Positions 32,340-45,700 of a DNA stretch of 64,000 nucleotides are shown one piece after another. Source of the DNA: Dictyostelium discoideum. Its lineage: Eukaryota. The DNA lies in NCBI GenBank assembly GCA_000004695.1, contig CM000153.2, positions 1,280,001 through 1,344,000 of the forward strand. The letters are read 5' to 3'. The notes under the pieces are model-generated. The model saw only the letters and a list, made by a program, of their open reading frames with translations. It was not told the DNA's origin and did not search any database. The first letter of the stretch is position 1. Each line of letters begins with the position of its first letter. A program made the translations under genes and the position numbers.

Positions 32340-35300
32340 TTATTTTTTCTTTGAAGGTAAATTTGATACTTTTGTTGTAACGATATTAATAATTTGATTA
32401 ATTGTTGAGTTTTGAATTTCAGGCATGGATAATATATTTCTAGTAAATTTATTATCAGCCCAATTTTTAACTTCGACAACAAGTAATGAATCAGCACCAT
32501 AATCAATTACCTTTATATCTAAATTGAGTTTGGATTGATCAGTTGAAAGTAGTGATGCAAATTTATCAACGATATCTTGTCTAATTGAAAATTCTTTTTC
32601 GTCAGTCACAGATTCTTTTGATATGATTGGATTTAAAAAGTAATCTAATTTATATGATAGTTTATGATTTTTGTATGTTTTACAAGTAGCGTGGAATTCA
32701 AATGATGCAACCATTTTATTTGTTGATTCGTTTTGATTTTGTAAAAGTAAATCTAAACTACCCCAAACTAAATCTTTTGAAATACCAACCAAACCTTGTA
32801 ATTCAAATAATTTAAAAACAGCATCATTACGTGCAGCAAAACCACCACCTCCCAATAGACCCCAATTGATTGAAATACATGGTAGATTTAATGATTTTCT
32901 ATGTCTTGATAATGCATCTATAAAGCAATTTGAAGCTACATAACCACATTGACGTTGTGATCCTAAAATTGATGTTACTGAACTTGATAAAACAAATTGT
33001 TTTATTGGCCAATTTAATGAAAGTTTATGTAAATTGTAGGCACCCATCGATTTTGCAGAATGAGAGCTAATTAAATGATTCATATCAATCTCTAATGGTT
33101 CACATTCTGCTGGTGAAAATGCATTATGGAATATTGATTCAATTGGTTTAATATCTTTATTTTCTTCAAATAATTGATTAATTGTTTTTAATAAAAGTTT
33201 TTCATCTGAAATATCAACTTGTTTAAAATAGATTTTCAAATTTGTTGATCTTATTCTACCAATTGCTCTTTCTAATTCAAATTTAATTGGTGATTTTGAT
33301 AATACTATTATTGATTCAATAGAATCTGATCTTTTTTCTCTTATCCATTTTATGATTGTATCTGAAAGACCTGCTTGACCTGTTATTAATATTGTTTGAC
33401 CTAAAGTATCTTGATGAATTTTATAATTTGATGAACGATGGATAAAGTTGTGATTATTTGAAAATTCAGGACAATCAATTAAATCAATTCCTTCAGGATC
33501 GTTGAAATTTACAATATTTTTACCAATATGTTTTCTATCACCAAGTGATTCAATTGCTTCTTTAATTTTTGTTACTGGATATACATTGAATGGTATAGTT
33601 TTTAATTTACCACTTGCTAATAAATCAACAATAATTTTCAATACATGTTTATGTTTTCTAAAACCAGCAATGACAGATTCATAAGTCATATAACCAATAT
33701 GATTTTTAAATTTATAAAAATCGGTTGTATCTGTTGTTGTCATATGAGTGATTGATAAATCTATAATTCTACCACCTTGTGAAAGACAATTAAAGTTTGC
33801 ATCCATATAATCTGCTGATAAAGTATTAATAATTAAATCCACACAAATCATTGAAAAACCACCATATTCTTGAGATGGTGCTTTTAGTTCAATTAATTTC
33901 TCTTTAATTAAATATTCATAGTCTGTATTTTTAGTTGAATAAATCTCTGTGATGAAATTACCATAACGATCTTTTAAAAATTGTTTCTTTTCTTCAGAAC
34001 CTACAGTTACAAATAAAAATCCTTTAAATCCATATACTTGTAATAAATCGATACAAGATAAACCAATACCACCACTTCCTGAATGAATTAAAACTGTTTC
34101 AGTCGAACCATGTAAACCTAATCTACCAAGTTCGAATAAACTACAATATGAAGTTAAATAAACCAATGAGATTGATGCTTCAAACCAAGAAATGTTTGAT
34201 GGTTTTAATTCGATTCTGTCTTGATCTACATGAACACTTGATGAAAATGTATGAAAAGTAACTCCCATTACATGATCACCAACTTTGAATTTGGTCACAT
34301 TCTTACCGACTTTGGTAACGATTCCACTTAGTTCATATCCAAATTGTGGTTTTGAAGGATCACCATTTTCATTTGAATTTGCCATATTAATTAATTGACG
34401 ATAAACTAAGAAATCTTTAAAATTAACACCACTTGCCATTACTTTAACTTCAACGAAATTTGGATTCAATGGTAATACTGCTTCTAATGCAAACGTTAAA
34501 TCTGGTTTTAATCTTGAAACTAATTCATTTTTATTTTCAATATATGATTTTGATTTATATTTTAATTTTAAATTTGATTCTAATTTAATTCTTTCATAAT
34601 AAATTTTACCATCACTTCTAATTGAAAATTCATTTTGTGAATGTTTATTTGAATTTGATAATTCTTGAATAATATTAAATAATTTATCACCACCACTAAG
34701 AATATTATTACCTTCAAATTCAAATGAATAAATATTTAATTGATTGAATTCACAAAAGTATCTAAATGAACCAATTAACGATGATCCAAATAAGTTTGAA
34801 GTTTCAAAGTTTATATTTCTTGAAATTAAAATATGTTTACAACCTGAAATTTCATTTTTTAATAAATGTTGATTGATTTCTATATAGTTCATTGAGACTT
34901 GATTAAAGTTATCAACTGTTAATAGATTTACTGACTCAATAAATAATATTAATGATTTATCAGTTAATGGTTGTAATTTGGCATGTTCTTTGAATTTATC
35001 AATTGAATTTATTGCTATTGGAACCACGCCACCACTACCACAGAAAGAAGAACCAATATTAATTTCATCGCAAGTACCAAAAATTATAATTTGATCATAT
35101 TCAGATGTATGCTCTTTACTAACTGAATTAATTGAATTTGATAGATTTGGTTTTTGAACTTGAATTAAATATGGTTCAATTTCACCTGTTGAACATATGA
35201 AATTATTAAATTTCAAATCATTTATTAATAATTGATTCCATTGATTTAGTTTCATTGCACCACTACCAGAATTTAAATAATTAAATGATAACCATTGTTT

Positions 35301-38300
35301 GTAGTTTTCTAAATAATAATCTTCATCTATTGATGTTTGAATGAAATTTGTATCTAAAATTAACAAATGACCGTTTGGAGTTAAAATTTCATTTATAAAT
35401 GAAATTGATGTTTTAATATCTTTAATTTGATTTGTTGTATTTGATAGAATAATTAAATCATAATAAGATGGTGAAAATGATTGTTCTTGTAATTGTTTGT
35501 TTAAATCAATAATTTTAAAGAAACAACTCTTTTTTGAATTAAATAATCTTTCTTTAATTAATAATACTTTTGAATCGGTATAATCTGAAAATACAAATTC
35601 TATATCAATGTTATATGATGGATTATCATTTAAAATTGATTCTAAATTATCATTGATTAGTTTAGTTAATTCACCAACACCACATCCAATTTCTAAAATT
35701 CTAAAAACTATTTTTTCATTTACGATTGGAATAATTGATTTTGAAATTATATCTAAAATTAATTGATGTTGATAAATACCAATATGTGAAATACCTTTAT
35801 TTGAAACAATAGTGTCAACTACTAATAATTCGTTTGGAATGTTATTCAAGAGAAAGTTTGAAACTTGGTTTTGATCAATATGTTTGTGATGTGTTAATAA
35901 AAAGTTGATTGTTAAGAGGATTAAATTGGATCTGATAGTACCAACTTCAACCTCATCCAAGACATATGAATATTTTTCAATCAACTGTTCAAGTGAATTA
36001 TTTTGAAATTCATCAACGGTTAGGTTATTTAATCTTTTCTTTAATATGGAAAAAAGATATGTAGATAGGGTAGATATTGAAATGATATTTGATTGTTGAA
36101 GTTGAAGTTGTTGATTAAAATGTTCTTTCAATATTAATGGTGATTGTAAAATTGAATCTTTTGGTTGAAGACATTGTGAAAATAATTGATTGTTTGGACA
36201 TTCAAGATCAGTTTCACTTTTTGTTGATAGTGTAGATGCAATTGTTACCAATGGAGAATGTAATAGAACAGTGCCATCTTTTAAGAAGCAAGTTGTTTTA
36301 AAATAAATAAAATCACTAAATTGTTTAATAAGCTCAGCATAACAGTAAACGTATTGTTGCTTCACTCTATCTTCTGCAGTTAATGGAACACTTGAAGAAT
36401 AAATTTTTAAATGTTCAATTCTTTCAAAAACAGACGAAGCTGGGTTATCAAAGAAAATACATGGATGTATACATGTATCAATAATGCAAATATTTAAAAA
36501 TGATTCATTATCATAGCTTGAAGTTGGATCCAATGAAACTTTACACAAGCATCTATTATCACCATATGAAGCTTCTTCAATTCTTTGAAATGGTTCTAAT
36601 AGTGAAATGTTTGCATAATTTTTAATTAAATCATATAATTGTTCTCTTTTCAAAGTTGACCAATTACATTGATCACGTATTGATTGAACATCAACTTTTT
36701 TAACTGTTACATCTAAACTTTTCATTAAAATTCTACTATTTGCAGATTGGATCCATTTACCACTTGTTTGATCTTTAAAATTAAATGTTGCTCTATATTC
36801 ATTCTTTGCACTTTTGTAGAGATTAGTTGTAAGAGTTTTTTTTACACCTTCAGTTAATACAAATTGTGATTTAAATTCTAAAAGTGGTATGGTTAAATCT
36901 TGATTTGGGAAAAGTTTTAAAATAATATCCAAATAACCAACTCCTGGGAAAAGTGATTTACCACGAAATTGATGATCTTTTAAGAATCTAAATGGTTCTT
37001 CTTTAATATCGATATATGATGTATATGATATATGTGGCGATGATTCATTTTTATTACCAAGTTGATTTATTGGTGCTCCATTCTTTCTATTGTTTAGTGA
37101 TGAAATACCTTCTCTCCAAAATAATGATTCATCCCATTGATAATGTGGTATTAGATATGAGCATTTCTTGAATGAATTTGATGTTATTTCCGATTTAAAT
37201 TGGGCACTAAAATCGACATTGTAACCAAAACAATAAAGTTGTGAAATTGTTGATTGAATTTCATTAATATCTTCTTTTTTCTTATTTAATGATGATAATA
37301 CACTTATTGAATCTTTGTTTAAAAAGTAATTTGAATTCTTTGGAATCATTTCTTTAACATAATGGTTTAAGGTTGGATGAGGTGATAATTCTAAAAATAT
37401 TACTGAATTACCTAAATCATTTGATTCAATATGTTTGAATATATTTTCAATTGTTTGTTGAAATAATACTGGCTTTCTTAAATTGTCAAATATATAACTT
37501 GAATTATAAGGTGTATTTTTATCGAATTTATTTGATGTGACTGTTGAAAATGTTGTTATAGAAGGTGGTCTTGATTGAATATGATTGGTTGATTCTATGA
37601 TTTCATCTTTGATTATATCTTGTTTTGATGAATGAAATGCTGATGATGTACCTAATAAAGAGTTGAATATTTGTTTATCTTTTAATGATTTTGAAATATT
37701 TAATATATCAAGTTCATTACCACATACAACGATTGATGATGGTGAGTTAAAACATGAAATTTCAATTTCTGGATATTCCTTTGAAAATTGATTATTGAAT
37801 TCTTCAAGATTTAAACTAATTGCTAAAAGTCTTCCAGATCCATTGGTTTTATTTTGAATGGTTGCTCTTTTATATATCACGAAGCATGCTGTTTCTAAAT
37901 CAATCATACCTGAACAAAATGCACTGGCTACTTCTCCTAAACTATGGCCAACTATTATAGATGGTGTGATTCCCCAATGCAAATATAATTTATATAATGA
38001 TATTTGAATCATAAATATAGATGGTTGAGCTAATATTGGTTCATTAATTAGAATTGGATCATCATTAATTGATCTTAGTTTTTGAATGATTGAATATCCA
38101 AAATATTTAAATAGTATTGAATCTAATATATCCATGGATTGTTTATATATTGGTTCATTTTCATATAAATTTAAACCCATTTTTGAATATTGAGGACCTT
38201 GACCACAAAATGAAAATACTAATGGTGGATTAATATCATTTGATTTGATAATATTACCAGATTTATTATTTTTTGTTGAAATAATTTCATTTATATCAAT

Positions 38301-39278
38301 TTTTAAATCATTCCAATCATTACCAATTAAAACTGATCTTTGTGATAATTTGGTTGTTTTTGAATAAACTTGAAACATTGCAAACTCTTCAAAAGTTAAG
38401 CTTTCTGAATATGTATCAATTTCTTCAAGTAGTTTTGATTTGAATTGTTCGAGTGACTTCTTTGAGTTGGTTGAGATTGGTATTAATAATTTTGATTTTT
38501 CATTTAATTTCATAGATGTTTGATTTTTTAATTCTGAAGGTTTGATATATTCAGACAATAAAACACATGCATTTGAACCAGTTATACCAAAACTATTGAT
38601 TGCCATTGATACTTGTCTATCTGGGAATGCTGTTGTTTCTGTACATACTTTAACATTCCATTCTTTGAATTTAATATTTGGATTTGGGTTATTGAAATGA
38701 ATATTCTTTACAAATTGACGATGTTTAAACATTAAACAAACTTTTGCTAATGATGCTACACCTGATGCAGGTTCAAGATGACCAATATTTGATTTAACTG
38801 ATCCAATTAATAATGGTTCTTGTTTAACATTTTTAAAAATATCAGCAACAGCTTCAACTTCGATTGGATCACCTACTTGTGTACCTGTACTATGTAATTC
38901 AAAGAAATCAATATCTTGATATTTCATTGCACCATTGGATGATAAAAATGCATTTTTGATATTAGTTGATTGTGCATTTTTTGAAGGTGCAAAAAAGTTT
39001 GTTTTCTTAAAAGTACCATCTACATTTGAACTACTTCCTTTCATTACACAATAAATTTGATCACCATCTTGAATTGCAAGTGATAATCTTTTTAAAATTA
39101 ATACAACAACACCTTCTGAACGTACAAAACCGTCGGCAGATTCGTCAAATGAATTACATCTACCAGATTTACCTGTAATATTAATTGAATGAAATGATCT
39201 AGTAATATATGGATCTTTTTTTAGAATAATAATAATAAAAATAAAAATAAAAATATTAGAAATATGGAAATGAAAAAC

Positions 39279-39321
<43 letters not shown>

Positions 39322-40136
39322 ACTAATATTATAATAATAATAATTACTTAATAATATATTACAACCAGCTACTACAGAGTAATTTGATTTACCATTAACA
39401 ATTGATTCATATCCTAAATGAACTGCATTTAATGATGATGAACATGCTGTATCAAGTGTTAATGAAGTACCACGTAAATCAAAACAATATGATATTCTAT
39501 TTGCAAATGCACTGAGAGTACCATTAAAAACATTGATTGGTGCTTCATTTTGTTCGAAATTAATAAAAGAATAATCAGTATTTGCGGCACCAACAAAAAC
39601 AGAAGTATTGGTTCCTCTGAGTTTTAAAGGATCAATTGATGCATCTTCAAATGCTTCCCATGTTAACTTTAACATTAATTTAATTTGTGGATCAATTTGT
39701 TTAGCATCAGTTGGATTGATTCCAAAAAACAATGGTTCAAAAGAATGCCAATTCTCTTCCAAATCAATTAATCCTGCGTTCTTATTTGAGATTTCTCCCA
39801 TACTATGGAATGTGTCGCTCCATCTAAATAAATAAAAATAATAATAATTTTAAAAAAAAAAAAAAAAAAAGGAAGGCAATTGTTTGATGAAAATCAAAAA
39901 ATAAGAAAAAATGAAAAAAAAAAAAAAAAAATGAAAAAAAGCAGTGTTAGTTATGATTTTTTTTTTTTTTCATTTTTTTTTTTTTACCTTTCGTTAGAAT
40001 CAACAATTCCATCAAAACCACCAAGCAAATTTTTCCAAAATTCTGAAGGAGAACCCGAGTTACCTGGTAATCTTAGCCCAAGACCAACAATCGCAACTTG
40101 GTTATCATTGTTCTTTTCAATATTTCCTTCAATCAT
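32340..40136 (-). CDS. Highly reducing iterative type I polyketide synthase, copy 1 (2,499 aa), with domain order KS-AT-DH-CMeT-ER-KR-ACP. Exons on the minus strand: 40136..39988, 39823..39348, 39214..32340.
   Basis: KS: exon 1 MIEGNIEKNNDNQVAIVGLGLRLPG…, active-site DTACSSSL, and HSTGTQVGDPIE. AT: GHSLGEVASAFCSG. DH: HQFRGKSLFPGVGYLD. CMeT: LEIGCGVGELT. ER: LIHSGSGGIGLSCIDLLQ. KR: ILITGQAGLSDTII. ACP: IDYGADSLLVVE. Donors GTAAAA(39987) and GTAATT(39347) give intron phases 2 and 1. A (TA)17 tract lies in intron 2. Confidence 0.9.
39285..39318. repeat. (TA)17 dinucleotide microsatellite in intron 2 of PKS copy 1. The copy-2 intron has only (TA)4.
   Basis: Seen directly in the sequence. Confidence 0.9.
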
Positions 40137-40997
40137 TTTAGATTTCAAATTATCTATTTATTATAATACTTGTAACTATTGAAATGAATTATTTAAATGA
40201 GTATTTTTATATCTTCTTTCAAAAAGAAACGAATATTTAAATAATTTTTTTTTTTTTACCTCTATTTATTTTTTTTTTTTTTTTTTTTTTTTTTCTTTCT
40301 TAAGTTAGATAACCACCATTCTTTATAATTTGGATGGAAAATTTTTACAGATAATCATTGGAGGGAACATATATACACGTGCAAATGGGAAAACCCCTTT
40401 CTTTTTAAAACAATAAATAAATTTTAACTTTACATAATTACCTTCGTCCATAAATCCAAATAATAATAAATTTCTAAAATTACTGCTTTAATAAATTTTA
40501 TTGGAATGCTTCCACTTAAATCTTTATTTTGGGGGTGAAAATTTGTTTTTTTGTTTCTTGTTTTTTTTTTTTACCCCTACCACTCCTTGACTTTTTTTTA
40601 ATATCTCCCATTTTTATAATTTCATTTTTGTTTCATATAACCAAAAAGTCAAAAAAAGTTAACTTTTTTTTTTCATAAAATTTGTGATTGGACCACTTCA
40701 AAAATTTTTGCACAAATTATCTATAACTTTTTTTTTGCACTGCAATTGACCTTTTAATCGACTTACCAATTGTTGGTGATTAAAATATAAATAAATAAAA
40801 AATAAAAATAAAATAAAAATAAAAATAAACCCGCCATTGAAAAAAAATTGTTGAAAAGTCTTTATATTGTTTTTTTTTAATTATATAACGATATAGAGGA
40901 TAGAAAAAAAAAAAAAAAATTGTGTAGAAAAAAAAAAATATAAAAAAAAAAAAAAAAAAAAATATAGCTTTAAATTTAAAATTTTATATTAAGAAAA
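40137..40997. promoter_or_regulatory. Bidirectional (divergent) promoter region shared by PKS copy 1 (minus) and P450 copy 1 (plus).
   Basis: An 861-bp spacer lies between the two start codons. It contains blocks conserved with the copy-2 spacer (50598..51359) despite otherwise heavy divergence: ttgtaactattgaaatgaattatttaa, ataaccaccatt, attttattggaatg…ccactt, aaagtcaaaaaaag, aaatttgtgattg.accactt and caattga.cttttaat.cgact.accaatt…gttggtgattaaa. Confidence 0.55.
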
Positions 40998-42607
40998 ATG
41001 GAAATAATTAATGTTTTTTTGTTTCTAATCATTCTTTTCTTGGTAAAAGATTTTGTATGTATTTAAATTTTTATATTTTAGAAAATTATTACAATTTATT
41101 AATTCTTTACATAAAAAAAAAAAAAAATAAAAAAAAAAAGGTTAAAAAAAATAAGAAAATTCATACAAAATCTCCAAGTGGACCAATTGCATTTCCTATT
41201 CTTGGAAATGTTGTTCAAATTAGATTTTGGGAATTATTCAAAATTCAAGAACATGAATTATTTGGTGGTTATAGTAAAAAATATAATGGTGTTGTAAGAG
41301 CATGGTTTGGAGAAAGATTATTTTTTTTTGTTTCAAATTATGATGTTGTAAAGTATTTTCAAAAAGATGAAAACTTCCATAACAGACCATCAGTTTTAGT
41401 TCCAGGTTGGAGATATGCTTCAAGTAATGGGCTAGGTGTAATGAGCTCATCTGATGACAAATGGAAAAGAGCAAAATCAAGTGTTTCGCAATCATTAAGA
41501 GTTCGTACAACTAAAAAATTAATGGAAGAAAAAGCAATTGAATTTATTGATTCACTTGAAAAAATTTCAAATAATAATGAAATTGTAAGTTTTTAAAAAT
41601 AATAATTACAATCAAAATATTGATAACATATTAATTTATTAAATTTTTATTTTTAGTTTTATCCAAAAGGACATATTCAAGGATATGCTTGTTCAATGTT
41701 ATTCAAATATATGTTTAATCAAGATTTATCAGTTGAAAGTGGCATGTCAAGAACTATTGGTAATGCAGTTGAACATGTTTTTGGTAATCTTTCAAAATTA
41801 ACTGCATTTGATTGTTTTGAAATTTTCTCACCACTTTATGATTGGTTCTTTACAAGAAGATTAAAAGGTTGCGATATCGTTAGACAAATAATCAGTAGTC
41901 AAAATGAAAATCATTTAAAGTCAATTGATCCAAGTAAACCAAGAGATTTAATGGATGATTTGTTAATTGAATATGGATTAAATGAAATCACTAAAGAAGA
42001 TACAATGCAAATCAATCAAATTTGTTTTGATATTTTTGGACCAGCCGTTGGTACAGTTACAATCACAATGAATTGGGTAATTTTACAATTATGTAATCGT
42101 CCAGAACTTCAAGAGATTGCATATCAAGAAATTAAAAAAGCTGTCAAAGATGATGAATATGTCAATTTGAATCATAAACAAAATGCCCCTTATATCGTTG
42201 CCTTTATTAAAGAAACAATGAGACTTTGTTCAAATGGATTTGGTTTACCAAGAACTGCTAAAAATGATCAAATTTGTGGTGATTTTTTCATTCCAAAAGA
42301 TGCTATTATTTTTATTAATTATTTAGAAATTAGTCAAAATGAAGAAATCTTTAAAAATGCCAAAGAATTTAACCCAACTCGTTATTTAGATGAATCACTT
42401 CCTGTACCAAATATTCACTTTGGTGTTGGTCAAAGAGCATGTCCTGGTCGTTTTGTCGCAATCGATAAAATGTTTCTTGGAATTTCAAATTTACTTTTAA
42501 AGTATAAATTAAAAACTCAAAATGGTGAAAAAATTGATGATTCAATTCAATTTAGTGTTTCTTTAAAAGCAAAAGATTATGGAATAAAATTAGAAAAGAG
42601 AATTTAG
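40998..42607 (+). CDS. Cytochrome P450 monooxygenase, copy 1 (482 aa). Exons 40998..41054, 41141..41584, 41657..42607.
   Basis: N-terminal TM anchor MEIINVFLFLIILFLVKDF. Lys-rich hinge followed by SPSGPIAFPILGN. ExxR motif (ETMRL). Heme-binding loop FGVGQRACPG. Donors are GTATGT(41055) and GTAAGT(41585); both introns are phase 0. Confidence 0.85.
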
Positions 42608-42761
42608 AACAACAATAATAATAATAAAAATTGTATTTAATGTTTTTATTTTTTATTTTTTATTTTTATTTAATTATTTATTTATTTATTATAAATTAAA
42701 AAGTTTTTTTTAGAACAATAATAATTAAAAAATTGGAAATAGTTTTTTTTTATTTATTTAT

Positions 42762-45700
42762 TTATTTTTTCTTTGAAGGTAAATTTGATACTTTTGTTGT
42801 AACGATATTAATAATTTGATTAATTGTTGAGTTTTGAATTTCAGGCATGGATAATATATTTCTAGCAAATATATTATCAGCCCAATTTTTAACTTCGACA
42901 ACAAGTAATGAATCAGCACCATAATCAATTACCTTTATATCTAAATTGAGTTTGGATTGATCAGTTGAAAGTAGTGATGCAAATTTATCAACGATATCTT
43001 GTCTAATTGAAAATTCTTTTTCGTCAGTCACAGATTCTTTTGATATGATTGGATTTAAAAAGTAATCTAATTTATATGAAAGTTTATGATATTTGTATGT
43101 TTTACAAGTAGCGTGGAATTCAAATGATGCAACCATTTTATTTGTCGATTCGTTTTGATTTTGTAAAAGTAAATCTAAACTACCCCAAACTAAATCTTTT
43201 GAAATACCAACCGAACCTTGTAATTCAAATAATTTAAAAACAGCATCATTACGTGCAGCAAAACCACCACCTCCCAATAGACCCCAATTGATTGAAATAC
43301 ATGGTAGATTTAATGATTTTCTATGTCTTGATAATGCATCTATAAAGCAATTTGAAGCAACATAACCACATTGACGTTGTGATCCTAAAATTGATGTTAC
43401 TGAACTTGATAAAACAAATTGTTTTATTGGCCAATTTAATGAAAGTTTATGTAAATTGTAGGCACCCATCGATTTCGCAGAATGAGAGCTAATTAAATGA
43501 TTCATATCAATTTCTAATGGTTCACATTCTGCTGGTGAAAATGCATTATGGAATATTGATTCAATTGGTTTAATATCTTTATTTTCTTCAAATAGTTGAT
43601 TAATTGATTTTAATAAAAGTTTTTCATCTGAAATATCAACTTGTTTAAAATAGATTTTCAAATTTGTTGATCTTATTCTACCAATTGCTCTTTCTAATTC
43701 AAATTTAATTGGTGATTTTGATAATACTATTATTGATTCAATAGAATCTGATCTTTTTTCTCTTATCCATTTTATGATTGTATCTGAAAGACCTGCTTGA
43801 CCTGTTATTAATATTGTTTTACCTAAAGTATCTTGATGAATTTTATAATTTGACGAAGGATGGATAAAGTTGTGGTTATTTGAAAATTCAGGACAATCAA
43901 TTAAATCAATTCCTTCAGGATCGTTGAAATTTACAATATTTTTACCAATATGTTTTCTATCACCAAGTGATTCAATTGCTTCTTTAATTTTTGTTACTGG
44001 ATATACATTGAATGGTATAGTTTTTAATTTACCACTTGCTAATAAATCAACAATAATTTTCAATACATGTTTATGTTTTCTAAAACCAGCAATTACAGAT
44101 TCATAGGTCATATAACCAATATGATTTCTAAATTTATAAAAATCGGTTGTATCTGTTGTTGTCATATGAGTGATCGATAAATCTATAATTCTACCACCTT
44201 GTGAAAGACAATTAAAGTTTGCATCCATATAATCTGCTGATAAAGTATTTATAATTAAATCCACACAAATCATTGAAAAACTACCATATTCTTGAGATGG
44301 TGCTTTTAATTCAATTAATTTCTCTTTAATTAAATATTCATAGTCTGTATTTTTAGTTGAATAAATCTCTGTGATGAAATTACCATAACGATCTTTTAAA
44401 AATTGTTTCTTTTCTTCAGAACCTACAGTTACAAATAAAAATCCTTTAAATCCATATACTTGTAATAAATCGATACAAGATAAACCAATACCACCACTTC
44501 CTGAATGAATTAAAACTGTTTCAGTTGAACCATATAAATCTAATCTACCAAGTTCGAATAAACTACAATATGAAGTTAAATAAACTAAAGATTGTGATGC
44601 TTCAAACCAAGAAATGTTTGATGGTTTTAATTCGATTCTGTCTTGATCTACATGAACACTTGATGAAAATGTATGAAAAGCACCTCCCATTACATGATCA
44701 CCAACTTTGAATTTGGTCACATTCTTACCGACTTTGGTAACGATTCCACTTAGTTCATATCCAAATTGTGGTTTTGAAGGATCACCATTTTCATTTGAAT
44801 TTGCCATATTAATTAATTGACGATAAACTAAGAAATCTTTAAAATTAACACCACTTGCCATTACTTTAACTTCAACGAAATTTGGATTCAATGGTAATAC
44901 TGCTTCTAATGCAAATGTTAAATCTGGTTTTAATCTTGAAACTAATTCATTTTTATTTTCAATATATGATTTTGATTTATATTTTAATTTTAAATTTGAT
45001 TCTAATTTAATTCTTTCATAATAAATTTTACCATCACTTCTAATTGAAAATTCATTTTGTGAATGTTTATTTGAATTTGATAATTCTTGAATAATATTAA
45101 ATAATTTATCACCACCATCACCACTAAGGATATTATTACCTTCAAATTCAAATGAATATATATTTAATTGATTGAATTCACAAAAGTATCTAAATGAACC
45201 AATTAATGATGATCCAAATAAGTTTGAAGTTTCAAAGTTTACATTTCTTGAAATTAAAATATGTTTACAACCTGAAATTTCATTTTTTAATAAATGTTGA
45301 TTGATTTCTATATAGTTCATTGAGACTTGATTAAAATTATCAACTGTTAATAGATTTACTGATTCAATAAATAATATTAATGATTTATCAGTTAATGGTT
45401 GTAATTTGACATGTTCTTTAAACTTATCAATTGAATTTATTGCTATTGGAACTAAGCCATAGAAAGAAGAACCAATATTAATTTCATCACAAGTACCAAA
45501 AATTATAATTTGATCATATTCTGATGAATGCTCTTTACTAACTGAATTAATTGAATTTGATAAATTTGATTTTTGAACTTGAATTAAATATGGTTCAATT
45601 TCACCTGTTGAACATATGAAATTATTAAATTTCAAATCATTTATTAATAATTGATTCCATTGATTTAGTTTCATTGCACCACTACCAGAATTTAAATAAT

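Larger units (their letters stand above)
32290..42715. repeat. Tandem duplication unit 1 (about 10.4 kb: PKS on the minus strand plus divergent P450).
   Basis: Collinear near-identity with 42716..~53000, at an offset of 10,356-10,422 nt. The unit boundaries share …AATAATAATTAAAAAA(G/T)TGGAAATAG… at 32300/42730 and tagaacaa…ataa…aattgtatttaat after each P450 stop. Confidence 0.9.

Noticed and set aside
33502-33684. Short plus-strand ORFs within the PKS genes (33502..33684, 43870..44106, 44525..44710)
   Set aside because: They are antisense to a continuous domain-bearing PKS ORF and are chance ORFs.
41238-41510. 90-aa minus-strand ORFs inside P450 exon 2 (also 51587..51859)
   Set aside because: They are antisense to the conserved P450 coding sequence. 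They are duplicated only because the locus is duplicated.
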